A stretch of DNA of 64,000 nucleotides from Lingula anatina (GCA_051362555.1 CM120645.1:16306001-16370000), one strand, 5' to 3'. Shown: positions 1 through 13,532, counted from the stretch's first letter. Program-made: numbers and translations. The notes: a model not told the origin generated them from the letters alone.

Positions 1-1523
1 GGACCTATCTCTGCCAGTTTTGGATATAAAAGGGAAGCAAAATTTGCAAAGTTCAGTTCATGGTGAAAAGTAGGTCAAAGGTCAATTTCAAGGTCACATT
101 AAGATTGCCAGTATATGACTTCCTATTCTAGTTCAATAGTAACTATGGACCTATCTCTGCCAGTTTGGGAGATAAAAGGGAAGCAAAATTTGCAAAGTTC
201 AGTTCATGGTGAAAAGTAGGTCAAAGGTCAATTCAAGGTCACATTTAGATTGCCAGTATATGACTTCCTATTCAAGTTCAATAGTATCTATGGACCTATC
301 TCTGCCAGTTTTGGAGATAAAAGGGAAGCAAAATTTGGAAAGTTCAGTTCATGGTGAAAAGTAGGTCAAAGGTCAATTTCAAGGTCACATTAAGATTGCC
401 AGTATATGACTTCCTATTCTAGTTCAATAGTAACTATGGACCTATCTCTGCCAGTTTGGGAGATAAAAGGGAAGCAAAATTTGCAAAGTTCAGTTCATGG
501 TAAAAAGTAGGTCAAAAGTCAATTCAAGGTCACATTTAGATTGCCAGTATATGACTTCCTATTCAAGTTCAATAGTATCTATGGACCTATCTCTGCCAGT
601 TTTGGAGATAAAAGGGAAGCAAAATTTGGAAAGTTCAGTTCATGGTGAAAAGTAGGTCAAAGGTCAATTTTAAGGTCACATTTAGATTGCCAGTGTATGA
701 CTTCCTATTCAAGTTCAATAGTAACTATGGACCTATCTCTGCCAGTTTTGGAGATAAAAGGGAAGCAAAATTTGGAAAGTTCAGTTCATGGTGAAAAGAA
801 GGTCAAAGGTCAATTTCAAGGTCACATTTAGATTGCCAGTGTATGACTTCCTATTCAAGTTCAATAGTGTGTATGGACCTATCTCTGCCAGTTTTGGAGA
901 TAATGAAACAAAATTTGCAAAATTCAGTTCATGGTGAAAAGTAGGTCAAAGGTCAATTTCAAGGTCACATTTAGATTGCCAGTGTATGACTTCCTATTCA
1001 AGTTCAATAGTAACTTTGGACCTTTCTCTGCCAGATTTGGAGATAAAAGGGCAGCAAAATTTGCAAAGTTCAGTTCAAGGTGAAAAGTAGGTCAAAGGTC
1101 AATTTTAAGGTCAAATTAAGATTGCCGGTATATGACTTCCTATTCGACTTCAATAGTAACTTTGGACCTATCTCTGCCAGTTTTGGATATAAAAGGGAAG
1201 CAAAATTTGCAAAGTTCAGTTCATGGTGAAAAGTAGGTCAAAGGTCAATTTCAAGGTCACATTTAGATTGCCAGTATATGACTTCCTATTCAAGTTCAAT
1301 TGTAACTATAGACCTATCTCTGCCAGTTTTGGAGATAAAAGGGAAACAAAATTTGCAAAGGTTAGTTCATGGTGAAAAGTAGGTCAAAGGTCAATTTCAA
1401 GGTCACATTTAGATTGCCAGTATATGACTTCCTATTCAAGTTCAATAGTAACTATGGACCTATCTCTGCCAGTTTTGGAGAAAAAAGGGAAGCAAAATAT
1501 GCAAAGTTTAGTTCATGGTGAAA
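1..1523. repeat. Tandem satellite, 146-bp monomer, ~10.4 copies, runs off the window start
   Basis: The unit GGACCTATCTCTGCCAGTTTTGG...GTTCAATAGTAACTAT restarts at 147, 292, 438 and onward. Each monomer contains AGGTCAAAGGTCA. Confidence 0.97.
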
Positions 1524-1525
1524 TT

Positions 1526-1756
1526 TAGTCAGGCGGCTAAGTCCAAATTTTATCCAGAATTCTGCAAAAGATGATAAAAGCATGAAATTTTCCACAATGA
1601 ATGACCATTGGGTGTTTGTCAACCCCCCGATCCAAAATAGACGAACACCCAATGGTCATTCATCGTGGAAAGTTCATGCTTTTATCATCTATTGTTTCAT
1701 GCTTTTATCATCTGTTGCACAATTCTGGATAAAATTTGGACATAGCCACCTGACTA
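1526..1756. mobile_element. Foldback MITE with TAG...CTA termini (possibly Academ-like)
   Basis: TAGTCAGGCGGCTAAGTCCAAATTTTATCCAGAAT... is the near-perfect inverse of ...ATTCTGGATAAAATTTGGACATAGCCACCTGACTA. The arms are ~95 bp around a short loop. No TSD is seen. Confidence 0.75.
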
Positions 1757-2270
1757 TACCGTACTGCACATTTTGCTTTCACCATCAATATGTACTTTTT
1801 GATAGCGTAACTCGAAAACCGTCTGGAATACAAAAAAACGGAGACCGCTTCCAGTGTTGGGCTTTACATGCTCTACAAAATGCAAAAAAGAATGGGTCTC
1901 TAGCATTAACGGTTTTCCGAATTAGAGACAGTTTTCAGTTTCGGCATCTTATGGCCGCTACTCCCGTGAAAATGCACCGATTGACCCCAAATTCACGGAG
2001 ATGAAAGATGACCTGAAGGGTAACACTTTCCAATAATATTATTGGTTAAGTCTGTGTGGTGTCTGAATAACAGGGCAAAAAATTTTTTTTCGTAAGACCT
2101 TAAAGTAAATGTCAAAGGTCAAAGCCAAGGGCATATTTGAAATCTACACATATGACTTTTGGAAAGCCGTCTGTAGAAATTTTTCCCATAACCCCTTCCG
2201 TAGGGTAGATAATTAGCATTTAATTTTGCCATTTTTGGACAAGGGTGCATTGCAATGAGTGCCACACCCA

Positions 2271-3473
2271 CACTGTAAAAACAGCGTTTAGCATTTAAAT
2301 ACATACAACACACGTTAGGCACCTATATGCATTTAGAAATCTGTGTAAATGCTAAACGCGTATAGCTTTTCAAACGTTTCACAGAAGAAAAAGCTAGACA
2401 CGTTGGCATTGTTACACGTTTAGCTATGTGTTTAGCTTCACCGACATATGATTCTATAACAAGTCTATCACAAGCTAAGCACATTGGCTAAGCACTTCCT
2501 CTGCTAAGCGCGTGAGGCTGCTAAACATATGGAGCTGCTTTAGGTGTGGAATTCCTTAACGCGTGGAGCTGCTAAACAACATGTTTAGCTTTTCAAGCTC
2601 GTCACAGAAAAAAATGCTTCACAATCCCATATATACGATCCCGTAACAAGTTTATTACAAGACTCAACAATTTTGCTTAACACTTCCCCTTGTAAACATA
2701 TGGGGCTGTTGGAGGCGAGAAGCAGCCTGCTCGAACGCGTTGTGTCCTTCCTTGCAGTAACGTGTGATTATTTAAAATAGGCCTATTAAGTAATAATCCA
2801 AATAACAAATAACGTTTTCACGACTTTATCAGCTGGTTACATGATGGTGATGGTATAGAATAACGTTATGGTAACGTTATGGTTGTTTTTAACTCCATGC
2901 AAAATGATGCCCTTGCAGTTTTATAAGCGTTTTATAACATTCTGGAAAAAAATTATTTAATGTTTTGAAAACTTTTTTTTAATCACCAAAACACGTCTTA
3001 TGCTGTATGAACTACAGTTAGCGGTTAATTCCAAAATGGGCTTGGGTTAGTCGGCGACTAGAGCGGTGCGACTTGAAAAATATTCGGACTATCGTTACCA
3101 AAATAACCAGCATGTGATGAAAGCTTAAATAAACCATTATAATGAATACCCCACCATCATCCTGATGTTCTATTGTTCATTACTTCCGGAAAAAATTAAT
3201 GAACATCAATACCTTAACGCATTTTATCAAAATATGAAAAAAAATGTTTTAAAGTAAAAGTGATAGTTGTTTTGTGTCTTTAGTAAACTAGTGAATTTTC
3301 CTAACTTGTTTCTCAGAAATATATTCCACTTAACTTCCTCGCAAGGTCAGCTAACACAAGGATGAATAAGTCCCGCTGTAAAGATGATGGTGTGAATCAA
3401 CTATGTTGACTTTTCAAGGTACCCTGTTATAGATAGAGATAACTACAGCAGTTAAAGGTGACCGTGACTTCGC

Positions 3474-3533
<60 letters not shown>

Positions 3534-3728
3534 GTGTGACTGAAACAGATAAAAACCTTACAACCTTAAAGTTAGACAAATACACCCTACATTTATTAGG
3601 CGTCAAGCACGTCAAAGCGTGTAACATGTTAATAGGCTAAACGTGCTTAGGTGCTAAACGCGTGGAAAAAATGAGACAAAACAGGCGCTTAGAAATGTGT
3701 CTCAGAGCTAAACACTGTTTTTACAGTG
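2271..3728. mobile_element. Non-autonomous CACTA/EnSpm-like DNA transposon
   Basis: TIRs are CACTGTAAAAACAGCGTTTAGC / GCTAAACACTGTTTTTACAGTG, flanked by a 2-bp CA duplication. Many subterminal GCTAAAC[A/G]CG-like motifs occur in both orientations. Confidence 0.85.
3476..3534. repeat. Compound (TG)n(AG)n microsatellite
   Basis: Read directly from the sequence. Confidence 0.95.
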
Positions 3729-3902
3729 CAGACCCCAATACCGACAAAGCCCAAATTTTACGTGGAACGAGTTGAGATTATAGGTGACCTAAATGCAAGA
3801 GATGGGTACGGGGGCCCTCACCGTCTAGGAGGAGAAGCGGTAACGGTAGCCGTCCGGCGGAGCCGGCGGAGCCGGCGGAACGATCCGGACGGGACCGAAA
3901 CC

Positions 3903-4031
3903 ATGTGATGGAGTAAAGTTAATAAAGTGGACAGTTCTCGGTATATATATATATATCATAGTCACCTCAACCTGTTTATCTCTAACAGGGTACCGAGAAC
4001 TGTCCACTTTATTAACTTTACTCCATCACAT
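3903..4031. repeat. Perfect 41-bp inverted repeat (hairpin or mini-MITE)
   Basis: ATGTGATGGAGTAAAGTTAATAAAGTGGACAGTTCTCGGTA (3903-3943) has its exact reverse complement at 3991-4031. Confidence 0.9.
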
Positions 4032-4069
4032 TTACAGCAACTAATTCATCCTAGTTTAGCTGAACATTA

Positions 4070-5395
4070 TACATTGCAACGAAAGAGATATTTTGAAGGA
4101 ATTTATATAGGTTTAAATCAGCACAAAGATACTATTGAACAATACTGAACAATAAGATACAGGAAATATCCTCATTTGTTTTCGATATCTGGATGATAAT
4201 AAAGACTTACAATACCCTTAAGCTATAAATTAAAATTCCAATTATAAAAGAAAACGATGCGAGGCAGACCTAACTGTGCACATATATCAGCGACGAAAAA
4301 TGTCTACCCACCCTTCTATATCAACACCATTTTGATGCACGAGGCGCGTAGACTCACCTGCCTGTTGGTAAATAAAACAAAAGCTGAACGGATCCTGTTA
4401 TTAGACGCTAAGGCAAGGATCGCCGATACGGCAGCTAACCATGCATGGCAATGTTGTCTCCTCCGGAGATCCCTCTTTCTCGACAACAGTGTTCAGTGAT
4501 TAAATTAGTTAACATTTACACACATGTCGTCTTATGGGTGACGTCATAATTGCACTTTTGAAGTAAAGAAAAAAGAAAAATTGGTCTCTCAAATTTCTCT
4601 TTTTACACGAGCATGTACGAACACCGTTAATTTAAGGACATCAGTAAGTACTCTAAATATCAGAAAGCGTTTTCCTTTAAAAGCCTTACTTCAGATTTTA
4701 TTGTTGATAAATCAAAATAATGGCTTTGTTTAATGAAAATATGTAGGAAGGAGCTCATAGCTCCCTAACAGAAAACATTTAAACCACAATGGCGACATGC
4801 TATTGTAGCACATTGACTTGTGGTCAACTATGTCTTTTTCGTGATAAATTCTTGGTCAGGCAAGAAGTTACGCCCCATACCGATTATTATGTCACCTCAA
4901 AATAGAAAGGTGTTAAATTGACGATAACAGATGTGAGTTGCCTATGCTTAGTCATTGCAACGAAAGATATAAATGTCGATATTTTATATTTTTGACAGGA
5001 TTTATATAGTTTTAAATCAGCACAAAGATACTAATGAACAATATTGAACAATTACATACACGAAATATCCTCATTTTTTCGATATCTGGATGATGATGAT
5101 GAAGGATAACAATACCCCAGAGATGTCAATTAAAATTTCAATTATGAAAGAAAACGGTGTGAGGCAGGCCCAACTGTGCATGTATATAAGCGACGAAATA
5201 TGCCTACAAACCTTTCTAAATCACCGCAATTTTGATGCATGAGGCGCGTACACTCACCTGCCTGTTGGTAAATAAAACAAAAGCTGAACGGATCCTGTTT
5301 TTAGACTCTAAGGCAAGGATCGTCCATACGGCAGCTAATGTTGTCCCCTCCGGAGACCCCTCTTTCTCGACAACGACAACGCCCTCAGTAAACAA
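4070..5395 (+). repeat. Dispersed or locally duplicated repeat
   Basis: 4070-4490 resembles 4955-5375, and 4496-5395 resembles 18985-20137. A diverged piece lies at ~56821-57120. The shared spurious ORF is MHEARTLTCLLVNKTKAERIL. Confidence 0.85.
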
Positions 5396-8300
5396 AATAG
5401 ATAGGAAAGTTTGGCGTAGTCAAACGACATTTTATGGCGACAACAATCTCCAGAGAGCTTATTTAAGCACATGTGCATTCTGCTCATGCTCAATTGTGCC
5501 CTAGAGGGGTAATCTCCTTAGAGGCACATGTTGCTACTTATACCATGGGGCATCACTGCCTGGCCTCATTTTGCTTGATTCATTCTGTTCACGAGCATGA
5601 TACAATTAAGCTACAAGTTATCTCAAATCTGCAACTGAAATCTTCAGTTCAAAAAATTTTATTTTACCTCTATGAGAACTTTCCAGCAGTTCACTCGATC
5701 TGTTGAAGCGTACAGTGACAGATTCTGCACAACTTCAAGCAAGGATCAACAGTACAATTGCTGACTGTTACATGAATGCGGTAAGTTTTAGTTTCTCTAG
5801 CTATTTAGCAGTTGCAGTTGACAATATGTCCTTTATCCAGGAGTCGCTTGTTTGCTCCGATAGCGGTCACTGCTACTGCACAAAGAAATTAAGGGTCCTT
5901 GCGTGTAGAATCTCCAGTCACCTGATGACATAGGCGGACGCAATGTCCCGAAATTTAATGGATATCGCATGGACACATGTTATGCCGATTCAGTTACCTA
6001 CTTTTAGTTTCCCACTTCTATCATATTCCTCGTCAGACGTTTCACTGTTCAGGGTAGATACCTTAGCAAGGTAGAGTATCTTGCTCAGACTGAAGTGCAC
6101 ATCATTATAATCCAGCTCAATCCAAAAATCAACCCTCCTTTCCTCATCAACTATTCGTTTTTGTTAGCACTGAAGTTACCATTTACACCTACTGTTTACT
6201 TATCATTGAGTTTCACATTTATAGCTCTTTCTTTAAGTCTTCTGAAGAAAATTTGTGGTCTTATATCACCCCCCCCCCCTTCACACATATCTACTACTTG
6301 GGTTCACTTACTTAGGGCATTACCACTGATAGAGCATCTTAATTAAGTCAGAAAAGTAAATAGTTATTAGCTTTTCACTTTTCAGTAAGCAGGATAATTT
6401 TGCATGGGTATTACAAGTCCCCCAGATATGGAAGATTTAACTACTTATTGAAGCACAGTGCCTTCATTTTTATCATATTCAATAACCTCTGTCCATTTTC
6501 TTAGGACTTCTCTGTTTCAGCTTTCAGTGGGATATTGCAAAACTTTCCCACCCTAGTTAATCGTAAAAACATGTATTCCTGACCCATTTTCAAGTCACAA
6601 GGCTCCATGAATAGTCTCCTGTTCTCTGATTTAAATTAAAATTACAACCTAGCTTTACGACCCTTCTATGGCCTATTAACTACCGTACTCGGATTAAGAA
6701 TGTGTACATTTACCCCGTGGACCATTTGAAGATTACACTGCGATTAATGCGGTGGAAAATACAATAGAGAGAGTGTATAATGATAGGGTCGCTAAACGAT
6801 TGTTGACGGCATATAGTAACTAGCCTAATCCCCTGGTCGCCTGGGTAGTACTTATGTAAACAAACGGTCTCCCGTAGCGAACTATCCTTTTGTTCAACAG
6901 CTTCGCGCGTGCAGCTGATTATGTATGTAGTGACACTTTAGCTAACTGCATATAAATTTGTGCTAGCTGTTATTTGATTCATTCTGCTGTGTCAGATGTT
7001 GTGGATCAGCCCACTGGTTCGTTGACTTCTGTTTTTCTGAAGATTGGTGGTGCAGATTTTGAGTGCTTAATTATGTACCCTCCTTCTAACAAGAGAAAGG
7101 GGAAGGGAGATAAAAAGAGAGTGTCAAATGAAACGGGTAATGAGTAATACATTACATTAAATAAAGGGACTCGCGGTGGAAGAAACGATAGACTGTTTTG
7201 CATCAAGGTATGCCATTATAATCCAACATGGCCCATAACATGATCCATAGCATGACTCATTGTTGTATGCCTTATATTTGTGCCGACTAATATTTTACTC
7301 TCGTTCATTTCGTGAAACTATTTCCTTAAAATAAAGTTTTGCCTGTATAAATTAACTTTGTGACATGAAGTAATTAATAAAACGCGCCTGTTGAAAAGGG
7401 GGCTTTTCGTAACTAATAAAGGTTCACTATTCAGAAAAAATATCGTCGCCGTTCGTCGCCGCTACCTTCAGGAAAGCGTACCCTCCGCGTGGATCACCGG
7501 CATTTTTGATTATCTGACAATTTAGGGCAATTTACGTTTTAGCTAATAATTCTGAATTTACTAATATTTTGGACTAAATTCGATGTCAGATTCATAGCAA
7601 TGACGGAGAGCCGACAGAGTAACTGTTTAATTTCTAAACTAATCAAACTAGAACGCGTGGCGATAAAATGTGACGCTAGATCTTGTAAACACTCAGCGAA
7701 ATGCACCTAGTGACTATATTCAATGTGCCGTCACTTAATTGCTTTCTCGATTTCATTAATTGACGATAGTAATTGCAGATAACAAGGAAGAGGAAATGCT
7801 GAAGACAAAACAACGTCGGGTCTTTGTGTGACTTTCTCCCTAAACACTTTTTATGTTGCTGTCAAAGAAAAAGGAGTCTAAATAGCGATTATTTAAACCA
7901 CTGCTGCTGCTTTTGCAGGTAGACTTCCTCGTTTATCATTTAAATGCTCCCCTCCCCCAGCAGACCCAACTTGATGCATGTACGTCTTGGTAGCTATAGT
8001 ACAGATCTTGGTTCAAGTAATGAAAGGTTTAAGCACAAAACGATAATTTGAGGCTATTTTTTCATTCAAGACAAAATAAAGTATCTATGGTGTGTGACAA
8101 TAGGGACTTTACAAAGCTTAATTTGTTCTTAAATATATATTCCAGTAGCATAGGCGAGCGACGTAATTGTAACCTCAACTTGAGGTATCCTCGATGAAAG
8201 CGGAGTACAAAAATTAACTTTTTTAAATATCGATTACAACATGCTGTACAATGATATTGAGACTAAAGGGTTTAATGGACTTCTTTGCCTTAAAAGCAAT

Positions 8301-10187
8301 TCATTTCAAAATTAAAAGAAACAGTTTTTTCGGGGAGCGCGGGTAGACAGTTTACGTCAGGTGATTCGTTAAAGTCGAGGAGTGTTTCACTATCAAATGT
8401 GTAAATCATATATGTCATAAAACACTATAAGAAAGTTTTTTGTTACGATCTGCAACATTTGTTCATTTATATAGCAGGGCGAAGTTAAAACCAGAGGTAA
8501 ATAGAACCTAATACCGTAATCCTCCTCGTCCATTTATTTAAATCGTATCAAAACGTTTGATACACAATGTTCATTAAATTAATAATTTTAGCGATTTATT
8601 AAAACCATATTGGTACATAAAAGTTTAAGATTAGCATAAGTTAAGCAACAACCGGTATGAAGAACAACACCCTTTTTAAATGAGGCAAGACACCCTCTTC
8701 ACACTGATTATAACCTTGAGAAAGACATTATGCAACTTAAGGTAAAGGAGTTCTTTCATCTCGTGTGTGAATACAACACATTCTTTGTCACTTTTACAAG
8801 ACAATGGAGGCGAGCAAGTAGAGTAATTACAATACACAATAAAAAGGACATTAGTATAGAAAGCTTACTTCGGGTCAGCCCTTTGCTTGTTCGAATGAAA
8901 GAGATAGATATCGCGCCGCGACTCCCTTTATTAAACCTTCGTGTGTTTGTGTAAAAGTGTGAAAGACAGGCAACGGTCTTTAGTCGCTGTTGATATTGTT
9001 CGCGATTAATATTGAAGTATAACTCCTTCGCCTGCATGTAAACGTGTTACTTTTCCTCATGTTCTCTATATTTCTTTTAGGTGGTTGAGACAATGGGATG
9101 AGATCGATAAAAGTAAAGGTTAATCTAAACAATTAGATGCGATTTTTGTGAAATGACTTATTAAGTGATGTGCATGTACCTAGCATGTTTAAATTCTTGA
9201 ATTTCTAATTTGTTAAATCTTTCATACACGGCCTCATATATGTATTACTCTCAGGCCTTCGATATTATTGTGTTACACGGGACTCCTGGAAACCTGAAGC
9301 ACAGGTCTACGGAGTCTTGTTATCCTTCATGCAGTTTTATGGCTGGGATGAACACTGCGAAGTAGAAACAGGCTTTACTTAGCTTTACTTGATGCACGAC
9401 AGTTTAAACAAAACCAGTCTGCAAGGCTTGCTTTGATTTGGCGTTAACCTTACACTGGTTTAAAAAGAACAAATATAAATATGTTCGATGGATTAAATGC
9501 CGGCTTTGTTATATTTTAACTAAATGCGTTCATTTGCACAGTTACACAGATAATATTTTTAAGTTGTCTGTCGTTCAGCACGCATTATAGGCGAGTAGCA
9601 AAATAGTGACGGTGATCAATCCAAGCTCAATCTTGGCAAGTATCGTTTACAAAATAGATCATGTTGAATAAACTTAATTACGCTTTAATAAATAATCAAC
9701 ACATGGTTCGGTTATTGTCACTTGAAAGCTTTCGATCAAAGACGTTCAATGAAATCACAAATCATTTGACGATTAAAAAATGGACATGTTCAAGGGGCAG
9801 TTTTTGTTTCAGATAAAGGGACTTCAGGTTCAGGTAGAGGGTTCAGTTACGTGTTTCATCGGATGATAGCATCACGCCCTAGGTCTAAGCGAGTTGAATA
9901 GAAGCTTTTTATCCAAACATCCTATTCCTAACTACTGAGTTAGGACAAAGGTCTAGTAACATGCACTGTGCAATTACTATTAATGGATCAGATGCATACT
10001 TGATTGTTTTTCCTCTGGTGTCGCACGTATGCATCCTTTCTTGAGTGATCTAAAACAAGTCGCTAGTGTACCATGTTGTAGCAAAATACGTTCGACATGG
10101 TGTTTCTGAACGGCAGCCGGAGACACAGTAATTGTATAGGCATGCTTTAAGCTTGTTCGAGAGACAATAACAGTCGGGTTTAACAAT

Positions 10188-11949
10188 TGACCCATTAGAG
10201 CCTGCGTCATCAAAACAAACGGCAGCCATTCTGGAGGGAGACCGGAATCGTCTGCTGCGCATGAACAAGCCATGTCTGTAGTTCAGTTTTCGTTTTCTGT
10301 ATTTTCTTTGATATTTAACCGAGCAAAATGATGAATTACTGCAGGTTATTTGATCGAGAGAAGATAACTAACTTTACAAGCGTTCACAGGCTGCCTGCAG
10401 TGGTAACAATCCATGGTGAAGGAACTAAAACCATAAACGGTGGAGAGACGGCGAGGTGGCTTTGAATCAAGACTCTTCGGAAAAGTAAAGGATAAAACTA
10501 ATTTATTTTATAGCAAAGAATGAAGAGCCAGCAGTGCAGATTTTACCATAAAAGAAAAAACAGTAGAAAACCAAAGACCTAGGTGTGTACATTTGGGGCG
10601 CACGTACACTACATATATATTTAGTGCCCAAAAAGTTTGGGTGTGTTAATTTGTTAAAACGTGTGGAAATACCCAGGCAGGGTTTCGACTTTTATAATGA
10701 AGACTCACCTATTGCCTTGGGTGTAATTTGTTATCAGTTACGGTGCTCTCTAGATTTTATCGGCTGTCACCTACCTCTTTAATACCTGGTTAGCATTATT
10801 GCCAATTAGTGTCAAGGCTATATTTGTACTGTACACAGCTGAGCTGGGCCAATTAAGTCAATTACCTGTATGAGGTGCATTTGGAAGTTAGTGGCTTAAT
10901 TTTCGATTTGGTGTAGTGATAAGAGTAATTTTATTTTGCAAGTAAATTCTACCTCAGGTGTAATTGACATATAACCTCATGAAATGAATTTGCACTTTCC
11001 TCTGTAAAAATGTTAAATTCTGCTCCTTTCAACAGTAATGTTGTAAGTTACAATACGAATAAAAATCACTATTGTCATCTTTCTATTAATTTACATTTAG
11101 GAAATTGACTGGCATTTCCCACCAAGCCACACTGATTGGGCGCAAGTAAATTATCAAAAAAAAAAAAAAAAAAAAAAAAAACAGAAATGAAGATCAATTC
11201 ATGAACTGAATTATTGTTATTTTACATTGGACATCATAAATACATAAATGTGAAAAATGCCTTGCTTCTGTGAATGACTGAATAATAATAAAATCCTAAC
11301 ATGTTGCTTATATGAATGGTTGCATGGTGAATAATAAACTCTCTCAAACAACAGTCTTGTTACATGTACTTTCTAATGAACCAATATGAAGAACAAGAAT
11401 GCTGAAATAATTTCTGACAGCTTCACGATGTAGAGATAAGTCATAACTGACAGCAATATTTCATGTCATACTTTATGACAATCCTGCATACATTCTTCCT
11501 TGAGTCCACAAGGGTTTAACCTGATGATCAGCTCAAATTTCTCCTTATATCTATCCTTTATGAAAAAAGTTGCTTCTATGTAATGTTAAACTTATGATTA
11601 CACATTAAACTCTCTCAAACTATAACTGTTATTACCCAATGAACAAGAAAAATGAAGTACAAGATAACTGAACTATCTTCTGACAACACGATGTTGGATA
11701 AGTAGCATTTGGTAGGATTTCATGTTTTTAGACTGTCTTGAGTTCATATTGGTCGATCCTGCTGAGCAGCTGAAGCTTCAGCTTGTATATATATCCTTTT
11801 CCCTTTGGTGTACTTGATCGCGATATGAAGTTTATTTTATTTTATTTGGTTCACCTATATTACCGCTACTATTCCCTGTCGTTCATTCCCTCCAGCATGG
11901 CCGCGGGACTAGTGTTACGGAGCAAATATGACGTCACTGTAATGGGTTA
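10188..11949 (+). mobile_element. Internally deleted ISL2EU-like element (second family), 1.76 kb
   Basis: The AT TSD is at 10186-10187 and 11950-11951; the empty site GTTTAACA-AT-AGATAG is at ~50681-50696. TIRs are TGACCCATTAGAG / CTGTAATGGGTTA. A THAP relic lies on +, and relics resembling the partner-gene N-terminus lie on -. Confidence 0.75.
10328..10465 (+). pseudogene. Degenerate THAP-domain N-terminus of an ISL2EU/Harbinger-type transposase
   Basis: Translates MMNYCRLFDREKITNFTSVHRLPAVVTIHGEGTKTINGGETARWL*. This resembles the 'F(Y/H)RLPAV...GE.TK.....R..WL' pattern of transposase THAP domains. Confidence 0.55.
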
Positions 11950-13531
11950 ATAGATAGCGACCATAGTAAGACCCCCTCCTATTTAACTGATGATTTACAC
12001 TTTTAATTGACCGTACTTTCGTATATTGTATGATCATACAGCCAGACTTCCCCCTGTTGCACGTTGTAGTTGGATTGTCATTGCGCCTATGTCAATGCAC
12101 CTCATTTAATTGCAATATTATAATATAAGCATAATATAAGTAATATGTTATTTCCTTATTCCTCTTTCATTATCATTCATGTTTTATAAATACTTGAACG
12201 CTTGAATGCAGATATTTCAAATTAAAACGTAAGTACATAAATAAATTATACATTTATAAATTAATGCAATAGGAATTTTTTGAGACAGATTGATGCTGAC
12301 GCTCATGCATTTCAACCAAACAAACAATAATTAGTTCAATTTTTGACTGCGGAAATTTCATATAGGATGAAATAACTGAAAACAAATTTAACTAGCAGTT
12401 TGTTAGCAACACTAAAAACCAGCTGCGCGTGCCAAACTAGTGAACAAAAGGACAGTTCGCTTCGCGTGGCACGCCTTAGCATGGGTTTAGCCTCTTCAAG
12501 CTATAATCCTATCGCCGCAACAAACAATAGGGACCTTCTGGCTGATGTATCCTGCTGTTAATTACACCTAGTTACAGCGGATTGTCACGCTCGCGCTGGG
12601 CCACAGAAACCGGCGTCATGGGGTTCACTCGTATTAAGTATTGTGTTATTCCACCTAAGCTATTGTGTTTGTGCGTTCGAATTTTGAAGGGATTTATACG
12701 GCCCTCCATTGTTTGTCCGCCCCCTTCTATTCACAAGATAGGGATTAAAACATTTCGAACGTGGTTACACCGGTGTACAACGGAAACAAAATTATTCCGA
12801 CCACTGTAAGGCTGGTCCCTTAATTAAGCAGTTGATAGAGGCTTACAATCCCTGACCCTACTGCTGAGGGTAATTATGCCCTCACCATAGCTAATACATC
12901 CTGGCCACCTGTTATGATAGTGATAAAGGCTGACAGCTGCCCAGTAGTAGTTCTCTAAAGATAAATACGAGCTATAAAGATTAACAAATACACTGGAATT
13001 ACGAGTTACTGGCGAAATAGACTGAATTACTTTAATCATTCAAATTCAGTGGCGACTATTAAGTAATACATCTGAACTCACAACAAGCTTAAACATAAAA
13101 TTTATGTAATATATATATACATCTGAGCTTCAAAAATGCACACTAGCTTAGACATGCTTTTGAAATCCTAATGTTTTTAGGACCAGTGGTTGAAATAAAG
13201 AACGCATTTTATAATATACGTCAATTTAATAATTATCTTGGGCATCGGGTATTTTAGAGGCTAACATGACAACTAGCCGTATATTTGAGTGTAAATAAAG
13301 AAATCTTCCAAAAACAAAATAAACGGCTTCATCTTGGAAATTCAGCCTCCTCGGTAGTAAATAAGACCATGATTCAAACCTTCATGTAAAGTGTACCCCA
13401 TGATAACATACAGTCTTAAGAACAAAGACAGGAGTCTGACATAATTCCAGATGTACACCCTGGCAACCAGGCAAGCATCTTAAGAGGGCATTTCATTCAC
13501 TAGTTTCCTCAATCATCGAGGGTTTGGTTCT

Positions 13532-13532
<1 letters not shown>

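Larger units (their letters stand above)
6683..12806 (-). mobile_element. Solo diverged copy of a large non-autonomous TA-targeting TIR element (Tc1/mariner-like ends)
   Basis: Flanked by TA at 6681-6682 and 12807-12808. Degenerate TIRs are CCGTACTCGGATTAAGAATGTGTAC versus (reverse complement) CAGTGGTCGGAATAATTTTGTTTCC. Subterminal inverted repeats lie at ~6880-6925 and ~12418-12460. The body matches the 26889-52215 array in reverse orientation. Confidence 0.7.

Noticed and set aside
10184-11951. piggyBac call (TTAA-CCC...GGG-TTAA look-alike)
   Set aside because: The left side is TTGA, and the empty site shows only AT duplicated. The internal relics are THAP-like.
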